64,000 bases of DNA from Octopus bimaculoides (taxonomy: Eukaryota), in NCBI RefSeq assembly GCF_001194135.2, contig NC_068981.1, forward strand, positions 28,988,486-29,052,485. Direction: 5' to 3'. The translations under genes were made by a program, and so were the position numbers. Of this stretch, positions 50,042 to 62,339 are shown piece after piece (position 1 is the first letter of the stretch; every line of letters begins with the position of its first letter). Under the pieces are notes generated by a model that saw nothing but the letters and a program-made list of their open reading frames with translations, had not been told where the DNA came from and did not search any database.

Positions 50042-50365
50042 GGTGCACGGCTCTGTGGTTAGAACATCGGGTTCACAATCATGAAGTAGTGAGTCCGATT
50101 ACCGGGACGGGTTGTGCTGAGCAAGACATTTTATTTCACGTTGCTCCAGTTCATTCATGTGTAGAAATGAGTTTTGACATCACAGGTGCCAAGGTGTATT
50201 GGCCTTTGCTTTTCCCTAGGCTAACATTGGTGGCATAGAGAGGGAACTTTAATATACATGGGCAACTGCTGGACTTCCATAAACGACTTTGCCAGAACAT
50301 ATGCCTCAGATGGGAACATGCTAGGTGCAATCTCATAGTTATTCATGACCGAAGCGGGGTTCTGC
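50042..50365 (+). mobile_element. Older tRNA-derived SINE
   Basis: GGTGCACGGCTCTGTGGTTAG..GAGTCCGATTACC head followed by GAGCAAGACATTTTATTTCACGTTGCTCCAG, also seen at 39480-39520. Confidence 0.7.
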
Positions 50366-50761
50366 CCTCTACTCTATATCCATGTTAGAAATCTGTAGGA
50401 GTGATACAATCCTAATAAGCTTTTTAATTGACGACGAAGTAGGGAAACGCGATCCTCGCCTCAAACCACCGAAAAGACTCACGTGGTGCTTAATTTTACA
50501 GCACGACTAAATACATCGCTATGAAGTTGTATGTTCTTTGTTCATGAGGTTAGCTGTGTTGTCAATAGTCGTTTATCACAATGCAATATGTACACATATA
50601 CATAGTTACGCGCATATAGATACAACACAAGCAAACAGAGAAATACATACATATACTCCTGTATTTTACTTGTTTCAGTTATATGTATGTGTGTTTTAGG
50701 CATGAATATGTATGTATGTGCGTATGAATTTACGTATGTATGCATACCTCTATGTACATAT

Positions 50762-50900
50762 ATACAGGGAGAATTCACAAAAAAAACAACAGATACAGAC
50801 AGGTGGTGTAGAAAACAAACAGATGTATTAGTATAAGGTCGGGAATTGAAGAAATCTTTAACGTTTCGAGCCTATGCTCTTCCACAGAAAGGAACAAGGA
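50762..50900 (-). mobile_element. Penelope-like element terminal fragment
   Basis: Homologous to 17780-17925; ends in CTCCC then (TA)n on the minus strand. An inverted partial copy lies at 51196-51250. Confidence 0.62.
50856..50891 (-). ncRNA. Minimal type-I hammerhead-ribozyme-like motif, copy 2
   Basis: Minus strand: CUUU-CUGUGGA-A-GAGC(AUAG)GCUC-GAA-ACGU-U-AAAG; 4/4-bp stem I, 4-bp stem II, palindromic stem III. Confidence 0.5.
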
Positions 50901-51195
50901 GAGTGATACACTTGTGATTCACAGATATATATTTTGATAGAATTTGAAAAAAATAAAGGAAAGAAAAATCCGTAGGGACTGGACTCCAGAATGTAATTTA
51001 CTTTCGCTAAATACTGTAAAACATACAACATCGCATTTTCTCACTCGGAATGGTTCTGAGTATGTTACTATTGGGAAAATATGACTATATATATANNNNN
51101 NNNNNNNNNNNNNNNNNNNNNNNNNNNNNNNNNNNNNNNNNNNNNNNNNNNNNNNNNNNNNNNNNNNNNNNNNNNNNNNNNNNNNNNNNNNNNNN

Positions 51196-51250
51196 TGTTT
51201 GTTGTCTACACCACCTGTCTTCGTCTTTTTTTTGTGAATTCTCCCATATA
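51196..51250 (+). mobile_element. Inverted partial copy of the Penelope-like end
   Basis: Reverse complement of 50766-50821 (GGGAGAATTCACAAAAAAA..GACAGGTGGTGTAG..AAACA); the rest is hidden in the preceding 100-N gap. Confidence 0.75.
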
Positions 51251-51525
51251 TAAATGCACGTATGTGTGTGTCTGTGTTTAACCTTTTTATTTGTCCCCCT
51301 TGGCATCCAGTATGGTTTTCTTTACGTCTCCGTAACGCAGTGATGCAGCAAAACATACGGATAGAAAATATTCAAAACTTTAAAATATCATAATTACTTG
51401 TATCGTTTTGTTCGAGCAATACCCTTCTAGGTGATGTCACAGCATCACCGTAGTCTAATAACTGAAACAATTAGAAGATAAAGATAGTATTATATTTTAT
51501 TTTGCATCATTAGGATTATATAATT

Positions 51526-51749
51526 GAACTTTAGGTTAATTAAAATATGTTTATGACATATTTCAACTTCTAAAGGCGAATTTACTGCAATTAGCATGAA
51601 TAAAATAGTCCCGTGTAGTAAAAGGTGTAAAAACATATCAGTGTTTTTCCTTTTACCGTAAGACAGAATTTTTTCTCCACGGTAACTCCCGTGAATTTGT
51701 TTTTACAAGTTGAAATATGTCACAAACATATTTTAACTAACCTAAAGCT
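51526..51749. mobile_element. MITE family M, copy 3
   Basis: TIRs AACTTTAGGTTAATTAAAATATGTTTATGACATATTTCAACTT / AAGTTGAAATATGTCACAAACATATTTTAACTAACCTAAAG; shared internal motif. Confidence 0.82.
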
Positions 51750-52364
51750 TTCTTATGCCAAATCTTTGCTCTTAGCGAGAATGGTGAATTATATAATTAA
51801 ATATCTTCAGCGTGTCCATTTCTAAATACATAAAATATAACACATTGTGGAGCTTTATTTTTATTTATTTTCATAATGAACACTCTTTTAGATTTAGGTA
51901 GAAAATAATAATGATTCATTACGCATTGAGCGCTATTTGAACTGTGAACCACGAGCGTTCTTATTATACAACGCCGTCATTATTAAACATCGTTCTTATT
52001 AAACATGGCCGTCAATCTCTCCGTTGCTCAAGCAATTCTAGCACTCATTGATGATGACGAGGACAAGAAGCAGAAGGAGGATATCTGGATTTACCAGAGG
52101 GGCAATTCAAATACAGAAACGTTCAGTAACCTTGGTAGAGCCAACATTTTAGGTCACAGGAATAAAGAAATTTATAAACAAAGTTCAAATGACAAAACCA
52201 AATATAAACAACATATGAATACATACATAAAAAAAATCATAAATATAAGCACATATTAGTATACGCACGCATATATACACGTACGTATACGTACGTGAAG
52301 ATATATATATGTACGTGGATGAATGCATTTATAAATACACACACACACACATATATATATATGT

Positions 52365-52414
<50 letters not shown>

Positions 52415-52424
52415 NNNNNNNNNN

Positions 52425-52472
<48 letters not shown>

Positions 52473-52895
52473 CATACATGTATGGATACATATATATGAC
52501 TGTATGTGTTTATATATACGTGTGTGTGTGTATGTGTGAGCCTGTGTTTGTGTGTATGTGTGTCCATGTGTGTGTGCATGTGTGTGAGTGTGTGTGTTTG
52601 TGCGTATGTGTGTGAAATTGAGTATAAACATTTTATATAAAATATACAAAAAATAACGATAATATATTGTAATTGGGCGTGAAGCCTGAGGCAATCAGTA
52701 TCGAGTTTCGCTGCCCACAGACTGAACTTATTGCCAGCAGCAAAACACCTTTTTCCAAACTTGGCAATTCAGTCAGTCGCTTCATCCACCATACACACAC
52801 ACAAATATTTACACGCACTGCGCACGCGCTACACACACGCACACGAGCATTTGAAATGAACACACAACCGCACATATATATACATATGAATGTAT

Positions 52896-52938
<43 letters not shown>

Positions 52939-53321
52939 NNNNNNNNNNNNNNNNNNNNNNNNNNNNNNNNNNNNNNNNNNNNNNNNNNNNNNNNNNNNNN
53001 NNNNNNNNNNNNNNNNNNNNNNNNNNNNNNNNNNNNNNNNNNNNNNNNNNNNNNNNNNNNNNNNNNNNNNNNNNNNNNNNNNNNNNNNNNNNNNNNNNNN
53101 NNNNNNNNNNNNNNNNNNNNNNNNNNNNNNNNNNNNNNNNNNNNNNNNNNNNNNNNNNNNNNNNNNNNNNNNNNNNNNNNNNNNNNNNNNNNNNNNNNNN
53201 NNNNNNNNNNNNNNNNNNNNNNNNNNNNNNNNNNNNNNNNNNNNNNNNNNNNNNNNNNNNNNNNNNNNNNNNNNNNNNNNNNNNNNNNNNNNNNNNNNNN
53301 NNNNNNTATATATGCATATAT

Positions 53322-53490
53322 ACGACGGGCTTCTTTCAGTTTCCGTCTACCAAATCCACTCACAAGGCTTTGGTCGGCTCGGGGCTATAGTAGAAGACAC
53401 TTGCCCAAGATGCCACGCAGTGAGACTGAACCCGGAACCATGTGGTTTGTAAGCAAGCTACTTACCACACAGCCACTCCTACGCCTATAT
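53322..53490 (-). mobile_element. SINE family A, 5' half
   Basis: ACGACGGGCTTCTTTCAGTTTCCGTCTACC..CTTACCACACAGCCACTCCTACGCC. Confidence 0.92.
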
Positions 53491-54789
53491 ATATACACTA
53501 TTCGTAATAAGAAACATACGTACTACACGAAATATAACACGAGGAAAACTATACGGTAAAAGTATAACCAGAAAATGTCAAATTCTGGTACGCGATATAA
53601 AAGAAGTGTGCTATCGTTCGCTACAAAACATTCTGTTTCAGGGACTGTAACTCCCATCAGGTTGTGCAAATATATCGAACTTGTCTGTGACTATATGGTT
53701 TACATGCATATAGTTCAGTATGTAAATCTCTCCAGAACTTAGTGAATGTACGGAATACAGACATTTCTAGCAAACAGGTAGAGGAAACCATTTGTTATTG
53801 CTTGAACATGTGTATTCCAACTGTAATGCAAAGGCGATTTTTTTCTGATTTATCTATAATACATCATCACTTATAGTTTTATAATTTGCAGCAAATGTTT
53901 AGTGTGTCAGAATATTCCTCTAAATAATTTTACAAAATGGTATCGAGAAGTTAAAAAATAATTATTTCTCGAAAAGGCATAAGACCACATTTTTTTTAGT
54001 TATAAGTTACAAAACTCTGATACTTATTGACCTCAGAAGAATGAAACGCAAAGGTAATAAGAACAGGATTAACACTCGGTGGCTGTGTGGTTTGAAGTTT
54101 GCTTCCTAACCACATGCTTTCGGGTTCAGTCCCACTGCCAGGCGCCTTGAACAAATGCCTTGACATTCCGAGGAATGTGAAGACGCGGGTTGAAAAGTGG
54201 GGCATTTTCCAATCGAAGTCGAATGTAGAGAATTCGTTGAACACAGTGTGAGGCGACTGTTGTTATCGTTAGGCCTAACTCATCGTAAAGCAAATACCAC
54301 CACGAGTGATATACAAACTACAATGGAAAAAGCAAACCACAGGATTTGGTTTAAAAAGATGATGAGCAATGGCTAGAAGAATACTAAGCAAAAACTGATT
54401 ACCAATTGATCTAGCAAACGGGGTCTCATTTGAGTGAGTGGAGTCGGCGTGCAATGATGTCGTCGAGAAGTAGGTCCCGAAAGGGTGCGCATTCTCTCCT
54501 GGTGAACTTACTAGCATCCGGTATGCAGAGCTTTCATCTGGTACCACTTGCATCTGCAAGTTGTTTGCAAAATTCTATAGTTGTATAAATTTGCTGCAAA
54601 TGTTTTAGTGAGTCAGAATAATCTAATATTATCAAGCAGTTCATAAATATTCATTTCCCAAAAAGCATAAGACCACAAATTTTTTAGATTCAAGTTACAT
54701 AAACCGCTATATACTTGACTGGTACTTACTTTATTGACCTCAAAACGCAAAGTTAATATCAACAGGTTTTAAACTCGATTGGTGTGATT

Positions 54790-54915
54790 TTTTAAAGTTT
54801 GCTTCTTAACCACATGGTACTAGATTCAGTCCCAATGCGTAGCACCTTGAGCGAGTGCTTTCTCCTTTAGTCTCCCTGTGGATTTGGTGGACGGAAACTG
54901 AAAGAAGCCCGTCAT
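54790..54915 (+). mobile_element. SINE family A, 5' half (diverged)
   Basis: TTTGCTTCTTAACCACATGG..TTCAGTCCCAATGCG..GGACGGAAACTGAAAGAAGCCCGTC then (TA)n. Confidence 0.85.
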
Positions 54916-55146
54916 ATATATATATATATCATATACGTGTGTATGTGTGTGTGCGCGTGTATTATTGTCCTTGGCTGTCCTCGGATGTTGACTCTTTACT
55001 ACTGAAATTGTGACATCTTTGAAGTCCCATTTAGCTGTACCTTGCATACACATTGTATAAAGTGCTATTTCTGCAGCCACTTATTTCCTCTGATGTAAGC
55101 CATGGGTGTCAAACATCAGAACGGCGGCAATATTTAGACAAATGCA

Positions 55147-55560
55147 AGGCGGTGAGCTGGCAGAAACGTTAGAACGCCGGGCGAAATGCTTCGCAGTATT
55201 TCGTATGTCTTTATGTTCTGAGATGAAATTCCGGCGTGGTCTACTTTGCCTTTCATCCTTTCGGGGTCGACAAATTAAATACCAGTTGCGTACTGGGATC
55301 GATCTACTAGACTGGACCCCTCCCCAATAATTTCGGGCCTTGTGCCTAGAGTAGAAAAGAATATTTAGACAAATGCAAGGCAGCGATCTGGCAGAATCGA
55401 TCGCCCGCCGAGCGAAACGCTTAGCGGTATTTCGCTCGTCGCTACGTTCGGAGTTCAAATTTTGCCGAGGTAGACTTTGCCTTCCTTCCTTTCGGGGTCG
55501 ATTAAATAAGAACCAGCTAAGCACTGGGGTCGTTGTAATCGACTTAAGCTGCCCCTGTGG
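55147..55560 (+). mobile_element. Two tandem family-B SINEs separated and flanked by the same 16-mer
   Basis: Copies at ~55147-55359 and ~55378-55560; AATATTTAGACAAATG at 55129-44, 55360-75 and 55589-604. Confidence 0.9.
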
Positions 55561-57891
55561 TAAAAAAACATTTTTTTAAAATTAAATCAATATTTAGACA
55601 AATGTATAAAAGTAGTTTTTTTTTTAAAATTTTATTTTAAGATCCTTTAAAATGCAGTAACACTGTTTCTGATAAATCGAATCAGTACACATAAAGGAAT
55701 TTTTTGTTACGTTACCCGATGCCAAAGTAACTTATGAATTCATACACTAAGACATTTGACCAAGGTTTCCTTTGCAATTTGTCAATACTATACACGAGTA
55801 TAGAACTGGGGTGCCAGTCGGAAGATTTTTTTTTCCTATTAAACAAATTTACACACCTGTTCGTCCGAATTAATTCTGTGAACGATGGTGAAAGGTATTC
55901 CAGCTGAAACAGGGCAAGCTTTCTAAACAGTATTTCTTTTCTCTAGAACAGTATACATTCATTTGGATAAGTTCTACTTCGGTTCGCACTCAAAGACTCT
56001 TAACAGGACGACATCTTTATCATGTGGATGAGTTTTCTCACACTTCTCTACACCCAGACTTTGCTAACGTTTCATATTCTCTATTTTATTAACTGTTAAT
56101 ACAGTTATCATGTATATAGGCCCTTTTATCCTTTTACGTTAGCCGCCATTATGGATTGTTTGCTCTTGAAGACTAGTTTCTCATAACATTAACTCTCTTG
56201 AATTGCTATGCGTCCGAGAGTTTTGTATACACTTGAGTGGTGTAAACTGTCTGTGCTGCTATAGTCATTCATCCAAGATAAACTGATGCCCTACATAGTA
56301 CATTGAATACGGTAGATGTTTTCTTTTTTTCTGTATTCAGCGATGCTTCTGCCTTGGCAAATTTACGCAAGGTCTTATATATTCGATCTCTCTCGGGTTT
56401 TTTTTTTTTTTTTTTTTTTTTTGCAGCTTTTTCATGCTATCTGTTCTCTTCCAGGATCAGATCAGAGGATCAAAGGTCCTTCCCGAGCCATAGACAAATT
56501 AGGCCTGTTTCCCAGATCCTGTGACGTATATATCCCCCCTGCCCCTCATGAAGGGCACGCGGGTCCGACGCAATGTGAAATGAAGTTTTCGTTCAAAAAC
56601 ATTACGCATCATCATGTGAAGGAATCGGAACCNNNNNNNNNNNNNNNNNNNNNNNNNNNNNNNNNNNNNNNNNNNNNNNNNNNNNNNNNNNNNNNNNNNN
56701 NNNNNNNNNNNNNNNNNNNNNNNNNNNNNNNNNNNNNNNNNNNNNNNNNNNNNNNNNNNNNNNNNNNNNNNNNNNNNNNNNNNNNNNNNNNNNNNNNNNN
56801 NNNNNNNNNNNNNNNNNNNNNNNNNNNNNNNNNNNNNNNNNNNNNNNNNNNNNNNNNNNNNNNNNNNNNNNNNNNNNNNNNNNNNNNNNNNNNNNNNNNN
56901 NNNNNNNNNNNNNNNNNNNNNNNNNNNNNNNNNNNNNNNNNNNNNNNNNNNNNNNNNNNNNNNNNNNNNNNNNNNNNNNNNNNNNNNNNNNNNNNNNNNN
57001 NNNNNNNNNNNNNNNNNNNNNNNNNNNNNNNNNNNNNNNNNNNNNNNNNNNNNNNNNNNNNNNNNNNNNNNNNNNNNNNNNNNNNNNNNNNNNNNNNNNN
57101 NNNTGGTGGTGGTGGTGGTGGTGGTGTTGGTCGTCGTCGTCGTCGTCGTGATGCATCCTCCTTACTCTTTCCTTGTCTCTTCGTTTCTCCCTTTCCTTTG
57201 TTACTGTCTTTTCTTTCTTCCACACCTTATTTTTCCTCCCTTCTCTTTCTTTTCCCTCCCTTTATCTCTTTCGTTTTCATTTCACACCCCTTTATTTATA
57301 CTCCTAACACCTTCCTCCTGGCCAGGCTTGTAATTCTTTTTTTTTTAATCCTTTTCTTTTTCTTTTTTTTTTTTTTTCCTTTTCTTTTCTTATTTTAGAC
57401 GGACTTCGACTTCCAGTCCCCTCTGTTCTGTGCAACTGAAGTGTGTTTGCGTGGTGTGTTTACATATGCACATGTGTGAATGAGCGTATGAATGCGCATG
57501 TGTCTGCCTGTGTCTGTTATGCGTAAGCATATATGCGTGAGAGAGTCTAAATGAGTATACGTCTTGCTTTTTATTCCCTCAAGGCTATACTATTTCTGTA
57601 GCCCAGCCAGCGCCTGACCACCCTCCTTAACATCCCACCACACCTACTTCACTCCACCACCTACACCACTACAACCACCACGACGATCACCACTTCCACC
57701 ACCACCACTTACAGACTCTACACATCCTTCCCTTCCCTTTTTCCATTCATTCATATACACCGCCGTCAACGCTCTCACACGCCTTTTCACACCACCACGG
57801 CTGCCATCTTAATCTCCACCACCACTGTCATACTTACTTGTCATAATCTTTCATTACTTCTGTTCTCTTTGTCTCTTTCTCTATCGTCTAG

Positions 57892-57900
57892 CAAGACGAG
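57892..57900 (+). CDS. Weak candidate 9-nt microexon (CAAGACGAG) with GC donor
   Basis: About 45-nt pyrimidine tract plus TCTAG acceptor, 9 nt, then AG|GCGAGT (GC-AG-type donor). Confidence 0.2.
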
Positions 57901-58689
57901 GCGAGTTGATGTCTATCACTCGGTTGGATTGCTAGCTGTCATGCTGGTTTACAGACTTGTAGGCTGACTGGCTAGTTAGCCGGTTGGCTGAAAAGACGGC
58001 TTTGCTATCGCTCTGACTTGACTAGATAGATGGGTAGATGGTTCAGTGGTTTGCTTGGGGAGTTAGCTGCTCTTATATATGCTGACTGGCCGCCTATCAA
58101 ACTGGCCTGCAGTTACCTGCTTGACTGACTATTGTTCTTTGTTGTTTAGCCCCAGGTCAAAGACTCGTCCAGTGTTTCCTTTTTTTTTATGGGTGTGAGG
58201 TTTATGACAATATTATTTCATACGTCTCTTTCCTTCTTTCAGACGGCATGATGTGATGTGCTGGAAATTAGGATATTATTTCGAAGGATTCGTTGAATGA
58301 CCACGTTCATATATGGACGGATGGCTGACTTATTTTAGTTACAAAACTGAAAAGTTAAAAAACAAACGATAAAGAGATCAATACTCAATAGTTCTTTTAT
58401 TTGCTGTGTCGAGAGTTTTGGTAAGATCCATAATCTCCCAAAGTCCTCCTTCTCATGAGATTGATGCCATCAATGCGCCTTTTGAACCTTTGCAAGTCTA
58501 CGGGGAAACATGAACAAGGATACACCCGAGGAAGGTCAGTTGCTACACTCTCGATCACAGACCAATTTCTAACCATAAAGCGACAACATAACTGATAGAA
58601 AATAATTTAAGGTTGTGGCGCCAGCATAGCCACAGTCCTACGATTGAAACCACAAAAAGAATAGCAGAATTAAAGAATGAACAAGGAAG

Positions 58690-59260
58690 GGATTCATAGT
58701 GCGCCGAAGATTTGCTAACGAAGGACTATGCATAGTAATTAATGTGGGGCCTGATGGGGAGTGGATGGGACAAGAGTGTTGAGAGAAGAGGTGAGTATGA
58801 CTGGAATGCCTGAGTGGAGGTTGCTTGAGCTCATCCAGTTCCAAGGTGTAGAGGTCACTATAGTAGATGTAGAAAATGCACAGTATGAAGAGAGTGCGCC
58901 TGTTGATCAAAGATTGGAGCATCGTCTAGGAGTGACTTTATGTCAATCAGCTGAGTGATACGTTTCTGAATGCATCCTGGGACGTCTATATGTGCAGCTA
59001 CAGTGTCAACAACGCCCTTTCAGATTTGAGTAGTACTCAACTGCCTTATTTGCACTTTGAAGAGTGTCAATAAATTTCTTTCACCCCTAACGGGAAAGGT
59101 CAGTCGTTAAGATGTAGCTTGAACTGTATTGAGGGTATCCTTCCGTTAGAAGAGACCCTCGGTAATACGGAGACCCAAAATTTGGTACGATTGTAAGTTA
59201 AGTGGTGTGCTGCTAATGGTTTAAAATCTGCGGGCTTCTTGACTATCACTTGTAATCGTA
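58690..59260 (-). mobile_element. L2/CR1-group LINE ORF2 C-terminal remnant
   Basis: Minus strand: LLTLFKVQIR..CIQKRITQLIDIKSL..LQSLINRRTLFILCIFYIYY..ELDELKQPPLR, matching the LYKxQIRP..RIQxRA..LQSLxHRR..LFYRYY pattern. Confidence 0.72.
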
Positions 59261-59616
59261 TATGACTTCATAGCAGGAGATTTTTTCTTCTGTTTCTTTT
59301 CATAGAAGATTATATCGACGATAATTTGCTTTTCGTGGAATTGTACACAAAAGTACTGGTAAAACCCTAACTGCAAGTATTGCAGTCTACTGTTGATAGT
59401 CCAGTTGTAGTGGATCTTGTTTTAGTTTTTTTCTCTTTTCACTTCCTGTTGTTTCATTTAATTTGACTCTGCAGAATTTACTTCTTTCTTTATAGCCATC
59501 CATCATTGTATTGCGGTCAGTTGCTGTGGTCTCCCACACCGTCGCAATAAGACTACGAACATCATTGAGATGCCTTTTGAATGTGTGAGCAACGACCATT
59601 ATTATTATTCACAACT

Positions 59617-59830
59617 AAGTCGGTGAGCTGGCAGAAGAGTTGGAGTGTCGGAAAAATGCTTTGTGGTATTTCTTCATGTTCTTTAATGATCTCAGTTCAA
59701 ACCCTACCGAAACCAAATTTGCTTTTCATCCCTCTACGATCGATAAAATAAAGTACAAATCAAATACTGGATTCGATGGTATTAATTGAACCACTTCCTC
59801 AAAACTGCTAGCTTTGAACGTAAATAAAAA
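59617..59830 (+). mobile_element. SINE family B (diverged)
   Basis: AAGTCGGTGAGCTGGCAGAAG..CAGTTCAAACCC..TTGCTTTTCATCCCTCTACGATCGATAAAAT. Confidence 0.82.
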
Positions 59831-61273
59831 ATCATTATAAGCAACATTTACACCTAACGCTGACAATTCTTTCAAGCTTTCTCCTATAATGTAGAACATT
59901 TAAGATTCATTTATTTTTGAAGCGGTAAAATGATAAATTGTTGTATATTTGCCGTCTGTTAAAGAACCATGCTAGTGGAGTCAAAATAGTCATTTGAAGA
60001 GATAGAAATAGCTGACCAGTCACTTTCAAATCACATCTACAATCCTAAATGTTGTAGAAGCACATTACATACTGTAGTTCTAGATATACTTAATAAAGGA
60101 GAATCAAGACTGGAATGTCTTTGACCATGAGTCTGCTCAATAAGAGAAAACACTTCTTTTATGATATGTTAAAACCATTGCATTTTGTTCAAAGCAGGCT
60201 TCAGTGAACTATGTTATATTGATAACCAAAAACGTGTCCGAAGCGGACACCTTCCTTGGAAACGAAGATTATTTTTCCGCCATAGCACGTAGGTAATTTT
60301 TGTAATTTCCTTTATTGAAATTATCTCCCCTTCCCTTTGAAAGTTGCTCACAACTACCGCGAGATCACTCTACTCACCCACCCCATCTCTTTCTCCCTCT
60401 CTCTCTCTCCCTCTTTAAGAGGTAACTTTCAATTAATAGATAATTTTGTGCGTACGTTATTCAGTAAACAACACGTTTATTCAGAAATGTCGTTCATTCA
60501 TTTGAAAAATAAAGCACTCGAAGAAGCGTCTATTGCATTCTATCAACGTAGTAGCGGAATCACATCCTACAGTCATAAATGACAAAGGACAAACTAAGAA
60601 ATAATATCCTAGTTCTGGCGTAGGCGGGGAAAAGAACCCCTTTAAACTATGTATACGGGGCCACGAATTACACCACCACCACCACCATTACCACCATCAT
60701 CAACATTAAAATTTACACCATTTTAAAAATTTATTCTTTCCATTTACTGTAAATAAGAACGAATAACTGAATGATTATTACGTGATCACATGTCTTGTTA
60801 GAAATAACAGCCAAGTAATCCACAAATTACATCCTATCAACTTGAAAATTCATGGATGCAATATAATTTTAGATATGTCTGAAAGAAAAACGCAATCGTC
60901 ACAGATAAGAACGTCTTTGAAAATAAGGCGTCACGTGATGCTCAATAACATCCGATATGCAAACAACACGACCTAAACGAAGGGCATCTAGGCGAACACT
61001 CAAATTGCAAGATATAGCAACCAAATCTTCTCAAATCCTGCTATATCGTCTTTTTTTTTTTTCAAAACGATAACACGTAGGAAAATGTAATTCTCAACAC
61101 AGAATGTGTTGTATGAAGTTTGTTCCGAATTTGCCAACAAGCTTGGCAGGCTGAAACCTACGATCTCACAATCGAGGATTGTTTCCGAACAAAGTTCATA
61201 ATATTTCATAATATTATAGGCTTCTAGGCGGGAATTATAAGAGGGAATGCGGAGGATATTACTTCTTCTAAAT

Positions 61274-61600
61274 CAGGGATTCTCAAACATTTTGTATCTC
61301 AGACCACCTTTAATTACCATAGTCATTTCATGTCTAAAAACTGGTTTTATATTTACTTCTTCCAAAATTCCTATTTTGTTTTTCACACATTAATTTGTGT
61401 CGATTGAACTATGTAAAATGTTAGAGAAAGAAGCCTAGCTGTTTCTTGCAATACATACCAATATATACATCTAAAGCAAAATTTTTCCGAGGCCATTTAA
61501 AATATTATTGTGGGTCTCAAATTTACTGTTTCGTTGAATGGACACCCCAAAATTTGATATGGGTCCTCAAGGCCTATATAGACCTCGGCTAAAACCACTG
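61274..61600. mobile_element. hAT-Charlie-type MITE
   Basis: Termini CAGGGATTCTCAAAC / CTAAAACCACTG; 8-bp TSD TTCTAAAT / TTCTACAT (7/8), fitting the NTCTAGAN preference of Charlie elements. Confidence 0.78.
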
Positions 61601-61758
61601 TTCTACATTCTGCTACGAGTCAACCACATGAACATATAAACACAAACACCGGCACAAATATTTACGAAGAATTCCAGCTCAGTTTCTTTTCGACCAAATT
61701 CCATTTCCAATGTATTGATGAAGCCAATACTGAGACTATAGTAAAAAAAACTCTTGCA

Positions 61759-61945
61759 TCATGTCACGAGCATTTTCGGTATTTCGTCCGTCACTGAGTT
61801 ACGCGCTCAAATTCCGCCGAAGTCGACTTTGCCATTCATCCTTTCGGGGTCGATAAAATAAGCACCAGTTAAGCACTTAGGTCGATCTAATCGATTTGCC
61901 CCTTCCCTCGAAGGTGTTGCCCTTGTGTCAAAATTTGAAATCAAC
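61759..61945 (+). mobile_element. SINE family B (5'-truncated)
   Basis: CGGTATTTCGTCCGTC..CAAATTCCGCCGAAGTCGACTTTGCCATTCATCCTTTCGGGGTCGATAAAAT. Confidence 0.88.
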
Positions 61946-61954
61946 ATCGTCATC

Positions 61955-61986
<32 letters not shown>

Positions 61987-62193
61987 TATCATCAATATCA
62001 TCATCATCATCATTATCATCATCATCGTTATAATTGTTGTTGCTGATGATGGTGGTGTTGTTATTGTTATGGCAACAATAGGGATGCTGTTATTTACAAC
62101 TATCATTTGCAGAATTTTCGCTCCGTACATCCTCTCCATACACACCCCGCTGTCACTGGTTCTTCTTCAAGATCACTTATGGTAAAACATACT

Positions 62194-62273
<80 letters not shown>

Positions 62274-62339
62274 CTCATACACACACGCACTCTACGTCTC
62301 ACAAAGTTTTATCTCCTTTAACTGCCATACGTTAACCTC

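Noticed and set aside
59387-59599. 70-aa minus-strand ORF with coding-like composition
   Set aside because: Adjacent to and co-oriented with a LINE remnant, with no identifiable motif; likely retroelement debris.
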